A DNA stretch of 41,426 nt from a virus (taxonomy: Duplodnaviria; Heunggongvirae; Uroviricota; Caudoviricetes): the IMG/VR virus record IMGVR_UViG_2711768022_000004. One strand, given 5' to 3'. Under the pieces are notes generated by a model that did not search any database, was not told where the DNA came from, and was given only the letters and a program-made list of their open reading frames with translations. How positions within the stretch are numbered: position 1 is the first letter of the stretch; every line of letters starts with the position of its first letter. Of this stretch, positions 1-8,264 are shown in pieces. A program made the position numbers and the translations under genes.

Positions 1-412
1 GTTTCACCTGCTGATTATCGGCATCACCCCACGCCATATGCGTTTGTGCTGTGACAGATTTTGCCAGCATGACTACCGGGGACAGGCGGCCCAGTGAGTC
101 GGGGCCAGCATTCCAGATACGACCATTCCATTCAAACGTGAACGGCTTCGCCTCCTGTTCTGTGCGCCATGCTTCAATTTCCTGACGTCTGGCCTCTCTG
201 GCCGCTTCCAGCATTTCTGGTGTCACAGTGAATGGGGCTATCTCACCCCATTTGCCACTTTGCAGTTCCTGCCAGATTCGCTGACCCGTCGGTGCGACAT
301 CATCAGCGGTGGCTGTGTAGGGGACTGCCTGGTCCCTGTCGTCAAAAAAAACGTCACAGTCTACTGCGCCACTTTCGGTATAACGGGGATTAATGATTTT
401 TTTAATTTCCAC
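1..412 (-). CDS. phage protein, partial (3' end lies beyond window start); directly downstream of a tail-fibre gene, possibly a tail-fibre assembly/chaperone protein
   Basis: Minus-strand open frame starting GTG 410-412 with GAGGA Shine-Dalgarno 7 nt upstream, 10 nt after the stop of the 423-1595 ORF; translation begins MEIKKIINPRYTESGAVDCDVFFDD; no confident family match. Confidence 0.4.
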   Translation of the reverse strand, partial: MEIKKIINPRYTESGAVDCDVFFDDRDQAVPYTATADDVAPTGQRIWQELQSGKWGEIAPFTVTPEMLEAAREARRQEIEAWRTEQEAKPFTFEWNGRIWNAGPDSLGRLSPVVMLAKSVTAQTHMAWGDADNQQVK

Positions 413-422
413 GGTGCATTCC

Positions 423-1595
423 TCACGATGTGCGAATAAAAAGCCCGGGCATTGCGCCAGAGACATGAGCATCCGGCACCCCGGACAGGGCGCTATATGA
501 CCCCGGTAATGAATGCTCTGAACATCCCGTAATGAAAAATTGTGGGGATGCTATATACGTTCCGGTGGGAGTACTGGGCACTGAAATCCCCACCGGTCCC
601 AGTCGTGAGCCTCTGTATGACTGCCCCCTGACAAGTCTGATGACTTTATCACCGTCAGCTTCTCCCTGGTACGCAGCAATAATCAGCCCGCCAATGTCAG
701 GGTCTCCCCATCTGTTGCAGACAGAGCTCGCCACGATTCTGTAAATAATATCTTCTGTGGTTATATTTATTTTCACCCAGCCAGTCAGTCTGGATATGGG
801 CCAGTAGCAGTAGCGGGTGTGATAAATGGGGCCGTTAATGCCGTAAAAAGTAAGGGATTTGGCTCTGTACCTCGGTTCTGTTGTCTCAGGGCGTGCATCA
901 GTCCACCGGATGCTGAGCACCCCTTCAAACCGTGTGTCGGGTATGATGATGTCGTAGGGGCCAGCAACGGAATATTCACCTGGCAGCGCATTCCTTACCC
1001 AGGCCAGGAAATCACTCTTAGTGTCAAAACGGATAACATCTTCAGGCAGAAAAGCACACCCAAAGCCGAATGCGCCGGGTATCGCCAGACGGCCTTTTGT
1101 CCGGTCGTAAATGTCGCTCTGTGCTTCCATCGTGGCCGCACTTTTCAGCCCCAGATTATCCCGGGACTTCTGTTGTGCCTTTTCGCCTGCTGCTGCGATT
1201 TCAGACAGATGGTTAGCCGTTTTCAGAGTGCCGGTCAGCGCAGCATCAATGTCATTTTTGGCCTGCTCTGCTGCGCGGGCATAACCTGCGGCTGCCGCCA
1301 CATCCTGCGCCGTCTGCTGTGCGTTTCCGGCTGCGGCCCCGGCGCTCTGCTGCGCCTGCGCCACCATTTCCTCAAAGCGTTTGACGACATCCGGTTTCAG
1401 GTCGCCCTCATCAGGAGCAATCAGAAAGTCATTCAGCGTGCCGGGCTTTGAGTCGTCGTATACAGCAATGTCGCCAACGTTGTACTCGTTGTGCCAGCCC
1501 GGTTTCAGATACACACCATATTTTCCAGTCCGCGCATGGAAACAGTATTCACCATCGTTTCCTGTCATCACATCAGCAACAGTGTGCATCACCAC
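423..1595 (-). CDS. phage tail fibre protein fragment, 5' end apparently truncated by the adjacent IS66 end
   Basis: 390-aa ORF with Ala/Gln-rich coiled-coil segment (AQAQQSAGAAAGNAQQTAQDVAAAAGYARAAEQAKNDIDAAL) typical of fibre shafts; listed start is GTG and the frame stays open upstream across the IS terminus at 1612. Confidence 0.5.
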   Translation of the reverse strand: MVMHTVADVMTGNDGEYCFHARTGKYGVYLKPGWHNEYNVGDIAVYDDSKPGTLNDFLIAPDEGDLKPDVVKRFEEMVAQAQQSAGAAAGNAQQTAQDVAAAAGYARAAEQAKNDIDAALTGTLKTANHLSEIAAAGEKAQQKSRDNLGLKSAATMEAQSDIYDRTKGRLAIPGAFGFGCAFLPEDVIRFDTKSDFLAWVRNALPGEYSVAGPYDIIIPDTRFEGVLSIRWTDARPETTEPRYRAKSLTFYGINGPIYHTRYCYWPISRLTGWVKINITTEDIIYRIVASSVCNRWGDPDIGGLIIAAYQGEADGDKVIRLVRGQSYRGSRLGPVGISVPSTPTGTYIASPQFFITGCSEHSLPGSYSALSGVPDAHVSGAMPGLFIRTS

Positions 1596-1611
1596 TTCCG
1601 GGGTGTTTACC

Positions 1612-2207
1612 GTAAGCGTGCAGCAAGAACCGTATTGACGGGAATGTGTTATTCAGTCGGCAGTGCTACGCGCCAGGGGAGCAGTTCGCCGACCCGGTTT
1701 ATCGGCCAGTCGGCTATGACGTCAAGGACATAGCGGAGGTAGCTTTCTGGCTCCACTCCGTTCAGTTTGCACGTCCCGATCAGGCTGTACAGCAGCGCTC
1801 CCCGCTCTCCTCCATGATCCGAACCGAAGAACAGGTAGTTTTTGCGGCCCAGACTGACCATCCGCAACGCATTTTCAGCGATGTTATTGTCCGCCTCAGC
1901 CCAGCCATCATCTGCATAGTACGTCAGCGCCGGCCACTGGTTCAGGGCATATGCGAACGCTTTCGCCAGTTCTGAGTGTCGCGACAGGGTTTTCATCTTT
2001 TCACGCAGCCAGCTTTCCAGGGATTTCAGCAGCGGTTTCGTTTTCAACTGACGTTCGGCAAGGCGCTGTTTCAGCAGGAAGATGTCGTCAGAAGAGATGT
2101 CGTTCATAAGCCCGTATTTTACCGGGCTTATTCTGTGACAACCAGGATAAAGAGATTTACAGCATGGTCAGGGAGGTCAGCAGCCGCTTAGGCTGTCTAT
2201 AGCGCGG
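1612..2207 (-). mobile_element. IS66-family insertion sequence, right-hand portion (terminal repeat plus 3' end of transposase gene)
   Basis: GTAAGCG at 1612-1618 resembles IS66-family terminal repeats (from memory); transposase C-terminal fragment 1649-2107; frame open upstream to about 2167. Confidence 0.55.
1649..2107 (-). pseudogene. IS66-family transposase (TnpC/orf3) C-terminal fragment; about 1 kb of 5' coding sequence absent
   Basis: 152-aa translation contains IAENALRMVSLGRKNYLFFGSDHGGERGALLYSLIGTCKLNGVEPESYLRYVLDVIADWPINRVGELLPW, matching the conserved C-terminus of IS66 transposases; no N-terminal part in the window. Confidence 0.75.
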
Positions 2208-2213
2208 CGATTT

Positions 2214-2280
2214 TTTTGATACCGATTTGCATTTCATTTGATACCGCTGAAAAACGCCGATACGCAACTTATTTGATACT
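2214..2280. repeat. prophage right-end transposase-binding repeats (attR-like)
   Basis: Three direct copies of the core TTTTGATACC / ATTTGATACC / ATTTGATACT at 2214-2223, 2236-2245, 2271-2280, in inverted orientation relative to the copies at the other end. Confidence 0.55.
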
Positions 2281-2325
2281 AAATCGGCGCTTTTCTTTTG
2301 AGTTTTAGAATGAGTTTTTAAGCGT

Positions 2326-3063
2326 TCATTCACTCTCTTTCAAACCAGTTTTAACTGTTTGTGGTTTTGGGTAAGGCTGGACTTTGAATAGCTTTGTGTT
2401 AAGGCGTTTTCTGGCTCTCTTGTCCAGAAACCGGATGTAACGAAACTGACGGAATTTATGAACACTGGCTCTGTCGATATTAGCCCGCAGATGTTCACCT
2501 CGCTGTCCTCCTCGTTTGATTGCATTCTTGCAAATCTCGTGATACCACTCGCCATCAAGTTCATAGAATGTTGTTTCATGACTGCCTACATAATCAAAAT
2601 TGCTTGCCTGGTACACGACACCAAGACAGCCACAACGCTCATCTGCAAACGACTGAACCCACTGCACCTGCGGATAAAGTTGTCTGATTAGTTTGAGCGC
2701 GTAACTGATTGCCCTTGATTCGGAGTTTCTCGGCATACAGTCATGCAGCCATAACCGGTTAAGCTCCATATATTCGCGGTTCTGCGTGCCAGTTACGACG
2801 CGTGCACCATTGTTTGGATTAAGGGCATAACCCCATTGCATTACGCCAACCAGCTCCCGTTCTGAAAATATGCCCAGATGAAGGTAGGAATTATTTACGA
2901 AACGATGGCTGTAATGTTTATTGACGACGACCAGCCGGGCCAGCCAGCAACTTATTGTCTCAACCCGTAACTCACGGGAGCCATAACCGACGATATTGTC
3001 GTTATAGTGAATAAGTTCAGGCGTGCTGATGATACGGGATGTAACTTGCTTTCTGTTCCCCAC
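2326..3063 (-). CDS. mom: Mom-like DNA modification protein (start uncertain; GTG at 3063 assumed, frame open to 3258)
   Basis: Immediately downstream of and overlapping a Com-like zinc-finger ORF at the prophage right end, as in Mu; about 245 aa if started at GTG 3061-3063. Confidence 0.6.
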   Translation of the reverse strand: MGNRKQVTSRIISTPELIHYNDNIVGYGSRELRVETISCWLARLVVVNKHYSHRFVNNSYLHLGIFSERELVGVMQWGYALNPNNGARVVTGTQNREYMELNRLWLHDCMPRNSESRAISYALKLIRQLYPQVQWVQSFADERCGCLGVVYQASNFDYVGSHETTFYELDGEWYHEICKNAIKRGGQRGEHLRANIDRASVHKFRQFRYIRFLDKRARKRLNTKLFKVQPYPKPQTVKTGLKESE

Positions 3064-3217
3064 GACAGGATTTCCTTGTGTATGTGGGGTGCTCTGTGGC
3101 GCTCTGAGATGTGATTTGATTGAGGGTTTTACAGCGCGGACATTTAACTTCCAGATAACTGAAGCTGGCTCGTGCCAGTAGCTTGTTACAATGTCGGCAC
3201 CGTATGTTTCGATACAT
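3017..3217 (-). CDS. com: Com-like zinc-finger translational activator of mom
   Basis: [35 protein letters not shown] has the C-x2-C...C-x2-C pattern and resembles Mu Com (IRCKNCNKLL...RCPRCK); AGGAGG Shine-Dalgarno upstream of ATG 3215-3217. Confidence 0.7.
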   Translation of the reverse strand: MYRNIRCRHCNKLLARASFSYLEVKCPRCKTLNQITSQSATEHPTYTRKSCRGEQKASYIPYHQHA

Positions 3218-3260
3218 GGCCGCATAACCTCCTGCTTTGTTGTTGATATCTTTATCACTC

Positions 3261-3350
3261 AATCGATCGACAAAAACGATCGATTTGATTTATTTAATTG
3301 ATACAACAAATAACACGAAATGTCATTAGCGAAAATTTATGAGTTTGATC
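3261..3350 (-). promoter_or_regulatory. candidate mom-operon promoter/regulatory region with GATC cluster
   Basis: Perfect 9-bp inverted repeat AATCGATCG(N7)CGATCGATT at 3261-3285 carrying two GATC sites (3265, 3278), third GATC at 3347; lies 45-130 nt upstream of com start. Confidence 0.35.
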
Positions 3351-3473
3351 ACTAATTTTAAACGGTGCTGTAACGCATAAGTGCTGAATGATTGTACATT
3401 TGAATACCGCAAAGCAAACAAATCAACTAATTTATAGAAGTCAATTGGTTAATTGCCAGCGTAAGAGGCTGCT

Positions 3474-3767
3474 ATGGACAATCATGTAACGACGAGAAAT
3501 CGAAAAATGATTGAAAATGCGGAAATCTATAATGATTATTTTTCCGATTATTCAGATGCCTGCAAATACAGTTCGAGTGCGGGAGAGTTCATATGCTTCA
3601 ACTTTTTTATTAAATCTTATGTTTTTCCTCCACAGCAAGAAGATGGAGGTGTGCCACCTCCTGAAATCACTTTGCACCGTATAGCCTCCGTCTCAATGAT
3701 GGAGCAACAGGCTAATGAGCTGTATAGCATTCTGGGAACGATTCTACAAAAGCGTGAATCGGACTAA
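3474..3767 (+). CDS. hypothetical protein (cargo gene, opposite strand to the operon)
   Basis: 97-aa ORF with AAGAGG Shine-Dalgarno; embedded in AT-rich DNA between com and the esterase-like gene. Confidence 0.45.
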   Translation: MDNHVTTRNRKMIENAEIYNDYFSDYSDACKYSSSAGEFICFNFFIKSYVFPPQQEDGGVPPPEITLHRIASVSMMEQQANELYSILGTILQKRESD

Positions 3768-3934
3768 TGATACCGGTTCATTTGCCTGCCCGGATGGGGA
3801 AGCAGGATTGACTGCTCCATAAGCAGCTATATTTCTGAATACGAAATACTATCCAGCGATTACATATGGCTGGATAGCGGCAAAGATGTTTTCATTAGTG
3901 TCAAACCGGCAGAGGACACCACCGGTTTGTATTG

Positions 3935-4189
3935 TTACATCATGGTACTGTCAGTTCCGGGCTGAGCCGGGTCTGGTTGCTCTGGCTGCGCGTCGGTTTT
4001 CGGCTCATTATCAGCATCACTGGCCGCAACTGCTGGCCCAATAAGTTTTGCCAGCACTTCATCAACGTAAGTGTCGATTTGTGCCTCAAAATCCTTGCGG
4101 ACCTGCGCTTTCAGCAACTTATTTACTTCACCGGAATACAGTGCCTGTTTTACCAGGTCTTCAGTGACGGTGCCTTTAATTTCTGGCAT
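3935..4189 (-). CDS. hypothetical small protein with acidic Pro/Gln-rich C-terminus
   Basis: 84-aa ORF with strong GGAGG Shine-Dalgarno (reverse complement of 4195-4199). Confidence 0.5.
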   Translation of the reverse strand: MPEIKGTVTEDLVKQALYSGEVNKLLKAQVRKDFEAQIDTYVDEVLAKLIGPAVAASDADNEPKTDAQPEQPDPAQPGTDSTMM

Positions 4190-4224
4190 GTATATCCTCC
4201 TTATGCGGGAATAAAGCCCTGCAA

Positions 4225-4407
4225 TCAGGGCTGGGTCGGGTCTTTTGGGAGCGGAGTTACCTGCGCTGTTTTACTGAGTTTTTCAGCTGCTGCGTCCTCA
4301 ATTTTGCGGCGAACATAATTTCTGATGGCCTTATAACCACCACTCACCAGATATAACGCACATACTGCCGTGCAGAAATACAATAAAATAAGCTGTAAAA
4401 ATGTCAT
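4225..4407 (-). CDS. small membrane protein (single predicted transmembrane helix followed by a charged tail)
   Basis: 60 aa from ATG 4405-4407: MTFLQLILLYFCTAVCALYLVSGGYKAIRNYVRRKIEDAAAEKL; GGGAGGG Shine-Dalgarno upstream. Confidence 0.5.
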   Translation of the reverse strand: MTFLQLILLYFCTAVCALYLVSGGYKAIRNYVRRKIEDAAAEKLSKTAQVTPLPKDPTQP

Positions 4408-4422
4408 TATCCCTCCCAATTA

Positions 4423-4449
4423 TTGACATGGTGTTGACACCGGTAATAT
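4423..4449 (+). promoter_or_regulatory. candidate sigma70-like promoter on the plus strand
   Basis: TTGACA at 4423-4428 (second TTGACA at 4434-4439) and TAATAT at 4444-4449; spacing 15 bp, suboptimal. Confidence 0.3.
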
Positions 4450-4503
4450 CTGTTAGGTAAAAAGGTGCACTGCATTTTTTGCTTTGGATATAACGATCTT
4501 TTT

Positions 4504-4544
4504 GCCGCCGGTTTCTTGTTTTCCCTTACCGGCGGCATTTTTTT
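4504..4544 (+). terminator. rho-independent terminator (plus-strand orientation)
   Basis: 9-bp GC-rich stem GCCGCCGGT / ACCGGCGGC around a 15-nt loop, followed by T7 run at 4538-4544. Confidence 0.6.
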
Positions 4545-4551
4545 ATCCTGC

Positions 4552-6606
4552 TTACGCGTTATTCACTTCCACCACGATACTGTCAATCAGTACCGGGTAA
4601 GTCGCATTTTTAGTGATATCGGTCACGCGCAACTTGTCTGCCGTAAACGTGCCGACCGGAGACTGCGACAGCATGAATGGTGTCCCGTCCTTACCATCAA
4701 TGACCGGCGTCACCTCAATACTGTTGTTACCGGCAAAACGGAAGCCCAGCGTATGCCATTCGTTATTAAATGCGCCGAATGACCCCAGCTTCGTGTTCTG
4801 CGCCGTGTTTCCTTTGTGATACATCACGTTAAGGTCTGTGGCATCGCTCTGTACGTAGAACGATGCCAGCAGGTTATGACCGGCATTTCCTTCCAGAGTA
4901 ACCCCTTGCGGCAGGGCAGAAACCGGCCAGTACAGCGCCAGTGCGTACTGATTAGCCGTAAGCGCGCCATCGAGTTTAAAACGACAACTGACAAGACCAC
5001 CTTTACCCAGCAGGTCCGCACCATTACCAGCATCATGCTCAAGGTACCAGGGGGCTCTTCCTGTTTCCTTGGTCAGTTTCATTGCCTTACCCCCGCTGGC
5101 TCCGGCATCATCCACGATTTGAGCCTTGCCACCTCCGGCAGCCCAACCCTGTGGTGTCAACCGTCCTTCAGACTCAGATGCCCGGTAAGCAAATAGCGTA
5201 CTCATCGTCGTGGTGTCTGCGGGTGGCGTGGACGGTTTTGATGGTGTATCAGGTGACGGCTTCTCATCCGGTGGTGTCACGGTCTGCCCACGCATCAGTT
5301 CAGCCGTGCGCCCTGCATGGAGCATAATAGCTGAGGCCAGACGGTCTGAAATGACGCCCCTGCGTGCCCATGAGCTGAAATGGCTGTCACGCTGTGTCGA
5401 AACAAAACTGCCCTGGGTTCGGGATGCTGCACCGTAATACCCGACAGCCACAATATCCGGGTCTTCCGCCGGAGCATTCGTTGGCGTGCTCTGTCCATTC
5501 TCATCCGTCAGGAACGGTACAAAGAAAATTTTCTGTGCTTCCTTGCCTTTGTAGCCACCGTATACTGCCTCATATTTATCGGTGCCAGCGTTTTTCCAGT
5601 AATACGTGGTATCACCGCAAATCCACGGCACCGTGGTGGCATTTCCACTCACGCACTGCGCAGCAAGCGGAGCCAGGTCAGTTCTGAACTGCTGAACCAT
5701 GGCCGTGAATAAACTATTATGCTGCTGGCTTCCTGAGGCAAGGTCTGCCTCTCCCTGCATCCAGACCACAGCCAGAAGTTTGTTTTTCGGGTTTTTCGCC
5801 AGCGCGACTTTGGTGCGGCTTACCAGGTCCTGATACAGAGGTTTACCGGCCCCCCAGCGTGAAGAATCAGCGGAAGCACCGCTGGCCTCACTGAATGAGC
5901 CGTCGGCTCCAGTGGTGAATGCTGACCCGCCACGACAACAGGGCACCAGAAGTATCCCGGCATTCTGTGGGATATAGGGAAGCAGTTTTTTGGCAATATG
6001 CAACCCCTGACCGACAGTCCCGTACTGGCCTTTTGCCAGATCAGCTTTCGGGTGGTTTATCCCGCTCATATCCTGAACATCATGCAGGCAGTGGTCTGCC
6101 GGAATGATGTCGTTGTATGTACACGACGTACCGTTGGGCGTTACCGTACTGCGGCGTGCCAGTTGCTTAATGCGTGGGTCCGGGCGGTCAAACGAATCCG
6201 GTAACGGCAGCCCCTCGCCGTAGGCCATGCCATTTGACTGACCCGCGAGAATGACAACAAAGTAATATTCCGGCTCTGAACTGCTGCCATTCGTGCTACC
6301 GGAAGGCCCGGCGTTATCCGGTGCATTCCAGTCGGAGGGCGTGAGCGTTCCGGCCACGTCAGATGTGATTGGAATGATGCCAGTCACGCCTGAACTGGTG
6401 ATTTCTGCACTGGGATTACCGGATACCGGCATTACCCATAATGGCTCTTTCGTGCTGAAGCGGATCACGCAGTCTGCGAAGGTGATCCCCCCTTTATTAC
6501 CCGAAGGGCGGAAAGGGCTTTCAATAAATGCCACCGTGCCACCGGCAACCTTGACTGAAAACTCTCCGGGCATGGCGGAGAGCATTTTCCACTTGGAGTC
6601 TGACAT
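4552..6606 (-). CDS. SASA/SGNH-type carbohydrate esterase-like protein (sialate O-acetylesterase-like), prophage cargo
   Basis: 684 aa; VVILAGQSNGMAYGEG resembles the GQSNM motif of sialate O-acetylesterase-type domains; no obvious signal peptide; sits between invertase and com-mom. Confidence 0.55.
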   Translation of the reverse strand: MSDSKWKMLSAMPGEFSVKVAGGTVAFIESPFRPSGNKGGITFADCVIRFSTKEPLWVMPVSGNPSAEITSSGVTGIIPITSDVAGTLTPSDWNAPDNAGPSGSTNGSSSEPEYYFVVILAGQSNGMAYGEGLPLPDSFDRPDPRIKQLARRSTVTPNGTSCTYNDIIPADHCLHDVQDMSGINHPKADLAKGQYGTVGQGLHIAKKLLPYIPQNAGILLVPCCRGGSAFTTGADGSFSEASGASADSSRWGAGKPLYQDLVSRTKVALAKNPKNKLLAVVWMQGEADLASGSQQHNSLFTAMVQQFRTDLAPLAAQCVSGNATTVPWICGDTTYYWKNAGTDKYEAVYGGYKGKEAQKIFFVPFLTDENGQSTPTNAPAEDPDIVAVGYYGAASRTQGSFVSTQRDSHFSSWARRGVISDRLASAIMLHAGRTAELMRGQTVTPPDEKPSPDTPSKPSTPPADTTTMSTLFAYRASESEGRLTPQGWAAGGGKAQIVDDAGASGGKAMKLTKETGRAPWYLEHDAGNGADLLGKGGLVSCRFKLDGALTANQYALALYWPVSALPQGVTLEGNAGHNLLASFYVQSDATDLNVMYHKGNTAQNTKLGSFGAFNNEWHTLGFRFAGNNSIEVTPVIDGKDGTPFMLSQSPVGTFTADKLRVTDITKNATYPVLIDSIVVEVNNA

Positions 6607-6682
6607 CGTCTTTTCTGCCTGTTTCTGAATTAAACAGAGTCAGAATAGCGACCGCTGAAAAATATGTGTTTTGCGGAAATTC

Positions 6683-6711
6683 AAAAAAGCGTCACGGTAC
6701 TTTTGGTGACG
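6683..6711 (-). terminator. rho-independent terminator overlapping the invertase stop codon
   Basis: On the minus strand, stem CGTCAC / GTGACG with 10-nt loop followed by CTTTTTT; invertase stop codon lies inside the stem. Confidence 0.5.
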
Positions 6712-7258
6712 GAGCTGGTGAGGCAGGAAAATAACGATAAAGGGTGGAAAGGCCAATATCAAATATCAGTGCGATTTGTTTACGGGACTCGCCATTAGCC
6801 AGCAAACGGGCGATTTGCTCCCGCTCTTTCTCTGTCAGTTTCTGAGGTCTGCCGCCATGACGCCCCTGAGCACGGGCAGCAGCAAGACCCGCGCGTGTAC
6901 GTTCAATAATGAGTTCCCGCTCCATTTCCGCCAGCGCGCCCATTATATGGAAAAAGAAACGTCCCATGGGAGTGGATGTATCAATATTGTCCGTAATGCT
7001 GCGGAAGTTAACGCCGCGTTGCCGGAGTTCTTCTGTTAAAAGGACAAGGTGCTGCATACTGCGTCCAAGGCGATCCAGTTTCCAGACCAGCAGGGTATCC
7101 CCTGGCCGGAGTCGCTTTAATGCGCGTTTAAGTCCGGGACGCTCCCTTGTCTTACCGCTTATTCTGTCTTCGAAAAACAGCTCACATCCTGCACATTCCA
7201 GCGCATTTCTTTGTAGCGCCGTATTCTGGTCATTTGTTGACACCCTGATATACCCAAT
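6692..7258 (-). CDS. gin: serine DNA invertase (Gin/Pin/Cin/Hin family), 5' end runs into the assembly gap
   Basis: Translation IGYIRVSTNDQNTALQRNAL...GDTLLVWKLDRLGRSMQHL...PMGRFFFHIMGALAEMERELIIERT is near-identical in pattern to Gin; frame continues upstream of the listed GTG start into the N-run. Confidence 0.85.
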   Translation of the reverse strand: MGYIRVSTNDQNTALQRNALECAGCELFFEDRISGKTRERPGLKRALKRLRPGDTLLVWKLDRLGRSMQHLVLLTEELRQRGVNFRSITDNIDTSTPMGRFFFHIMGALAEMERELIIERTRAGLAAARAQGRHGGRPQKLTEKEREQIARLLANGESRKQIALIFDIGLSTLYRYFPASPAPSPKVP

Positions 7259-7488
7259 NNNNNNNNNNNNNNNNNNNNNNNNNNNNNNNNNNNNNNNNNN
7301 NNNNNNNNNNNNNNNNNNNNNNNNNNNNNNNNNNNNNNNNNNNNNNNNNNNNNNNNNNNNNNNNNNNNNNNNNNNNNNNNNNNNNNNNNNNNNNNNNNNN
7401 NNNNNNNNNNNNNNNNNNNNNNNNNNNNNNNNNNNNNNNNNNNNNNNNNNNNNNNNNNNNNNNNNNNNNNNNNNNNNNNNNNNNNNNN
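7259..7488. other. assembly gap (run of 230 N); true length unknown
   Basis: Literal N characters in the sequence. Confidence 0.99.
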
Positions 7489-7489
7489 G

Positions 7490-7660
7490 GGAGCAGAGAA
7501 CAGGCAGGTAATGTACGGTGGGGCATATTACTCTGCGTACGGTAATGTTATGGCAGGCCTGCAGATTGACAGTAAAGTTGATGCTTCAAACGATTTTATA
7601 GCATTCAGACCCCTGCAAAAATTAGTCGGAGGTACATGGATTACGGTATCTCAGTTATAA
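7490..7660 (+). CDS. alternative tail-fibre variable C-terminal segment (Sv'-like), 5' part lost in the gap
   Basis: Plus-strand frame ending ...FRPLQKLVGGTWITVSQL at 7660; ending resembles the C-terminus of the minus-strand fibre (...[10 protein letters not shown]); followed by a tfa gene on the same strand. Confidence 0.6.
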   Translation, partial: GAENRQVMYGGAYYSAYGNVMAGLQIDSKVDASNDFIAFRPLQKLVGGTWITVSQL

Positions 7661-7711
7661 ATAGTCAGTAAATAATATATTTTAAAACAGATTTATTTCC
7701 AGGAGGATTTT

Positions 7712-8233
7712 ATGGAACTAAAAAATATAACCCGTTATTATCCTGAAAATATGCCATATGGTAATAATGTTCAGTATTTCCAGAGTGAAGATGGTAAGGA
7801 TTTCTACGAATCCCTGCCATTATTCACCAAAAAATATAAACTTTGCATAACACCTGACAGCGGCGTTATCTGCTCAATATCACAGGACGCCTCGGCGCTG
7901 TATCCTGCGGGGTTTTCTGTGGTTGAGGTCGATGAACTCCCTGAAGGCACGGATATTTCAGGAAACTGGAAGTTTGATAATGGCATAATCTCCCGTATTC
8001 CGGTTAACTACGCAAGAAAACTGGAAGCAATGCGCCAGTCATATCTTAATCAGGCATATGAAAAAATTAATGACTGGAGAACGGAGCTACAACTGGGCAC
8101 CATCAGCGATGAAGACAGAGCAGCACTTACCCAATGGATGGCATACATCAGTCAGGTGAAGAAAATGGAACTACCCGCCATTAAAACAGAAGCTGAATTT
8201 AACGCCATTAAATGGCCTGAGCAGCCACAGTAA
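7712..8233 (+). CDS. tail-fibre assembly protein (P2 G / Mu U-like)
   Basis: 173 aa; DASALYPAGFSVVEVDELPEG and the C-terminal ISDEDRAALTQWMAYISQV region resemble P2 gpG-type chaperones; AGGAGG Shine-Dalgarno. Confidence 0.8.
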   Translation: MELKNITRYYPENMPYGNNVQYFQSEDGKDFYESLPLFTKKYKLCITPDSGVICSISQDASALYPAGFSVVEVDELPEGTDISGNWKFDNGIISRIPVNYARKLEAMRQSYLNQAYEKINDWRTELQLGTISDEDRAALTQWMAYISQVKKMELPAIKTEAEFNAIKWPEQPQ

Positions 8234-8236
8234 TAA

Positions 8237-8256
8237 AGAAGGCCGGAAGGCCTTCT
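8237..8256. terminator. hairpin between convergent tfa and fibre genes (possible bidirectional terminator)
   Basis: AGAAGGCC-GGAA-GGCCTTCT perfect 8-bp stem in the 31-bp gap between the two stop codons; flanking U-runs are weak. Confidence 0.4.
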
Positions 8257-8264
8257 GAATATCA

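Noticed and set aside
2108-2129. Hairpin AAGCCCG-TATTTTAC-CGGGCTT next to the IS66 transposase fragment
   Set aside because: Lies within the open reading frame continuation of the transposase fragment; likely coincidental secondary structure.
4465-4782. 105-aa plus-strand ORF starting after the candidate promoter
   Set aside because: It runs straight through a strong intrinsic terminator and into the antisense of the esterase-like gene; the region is better explained as a short non-coding transcript.
6909-7526. ORFs whose translations contain long runs of X
   Set aside because: They read through the N-run assembly gap; artefacts of unknown sequence rather than genes.
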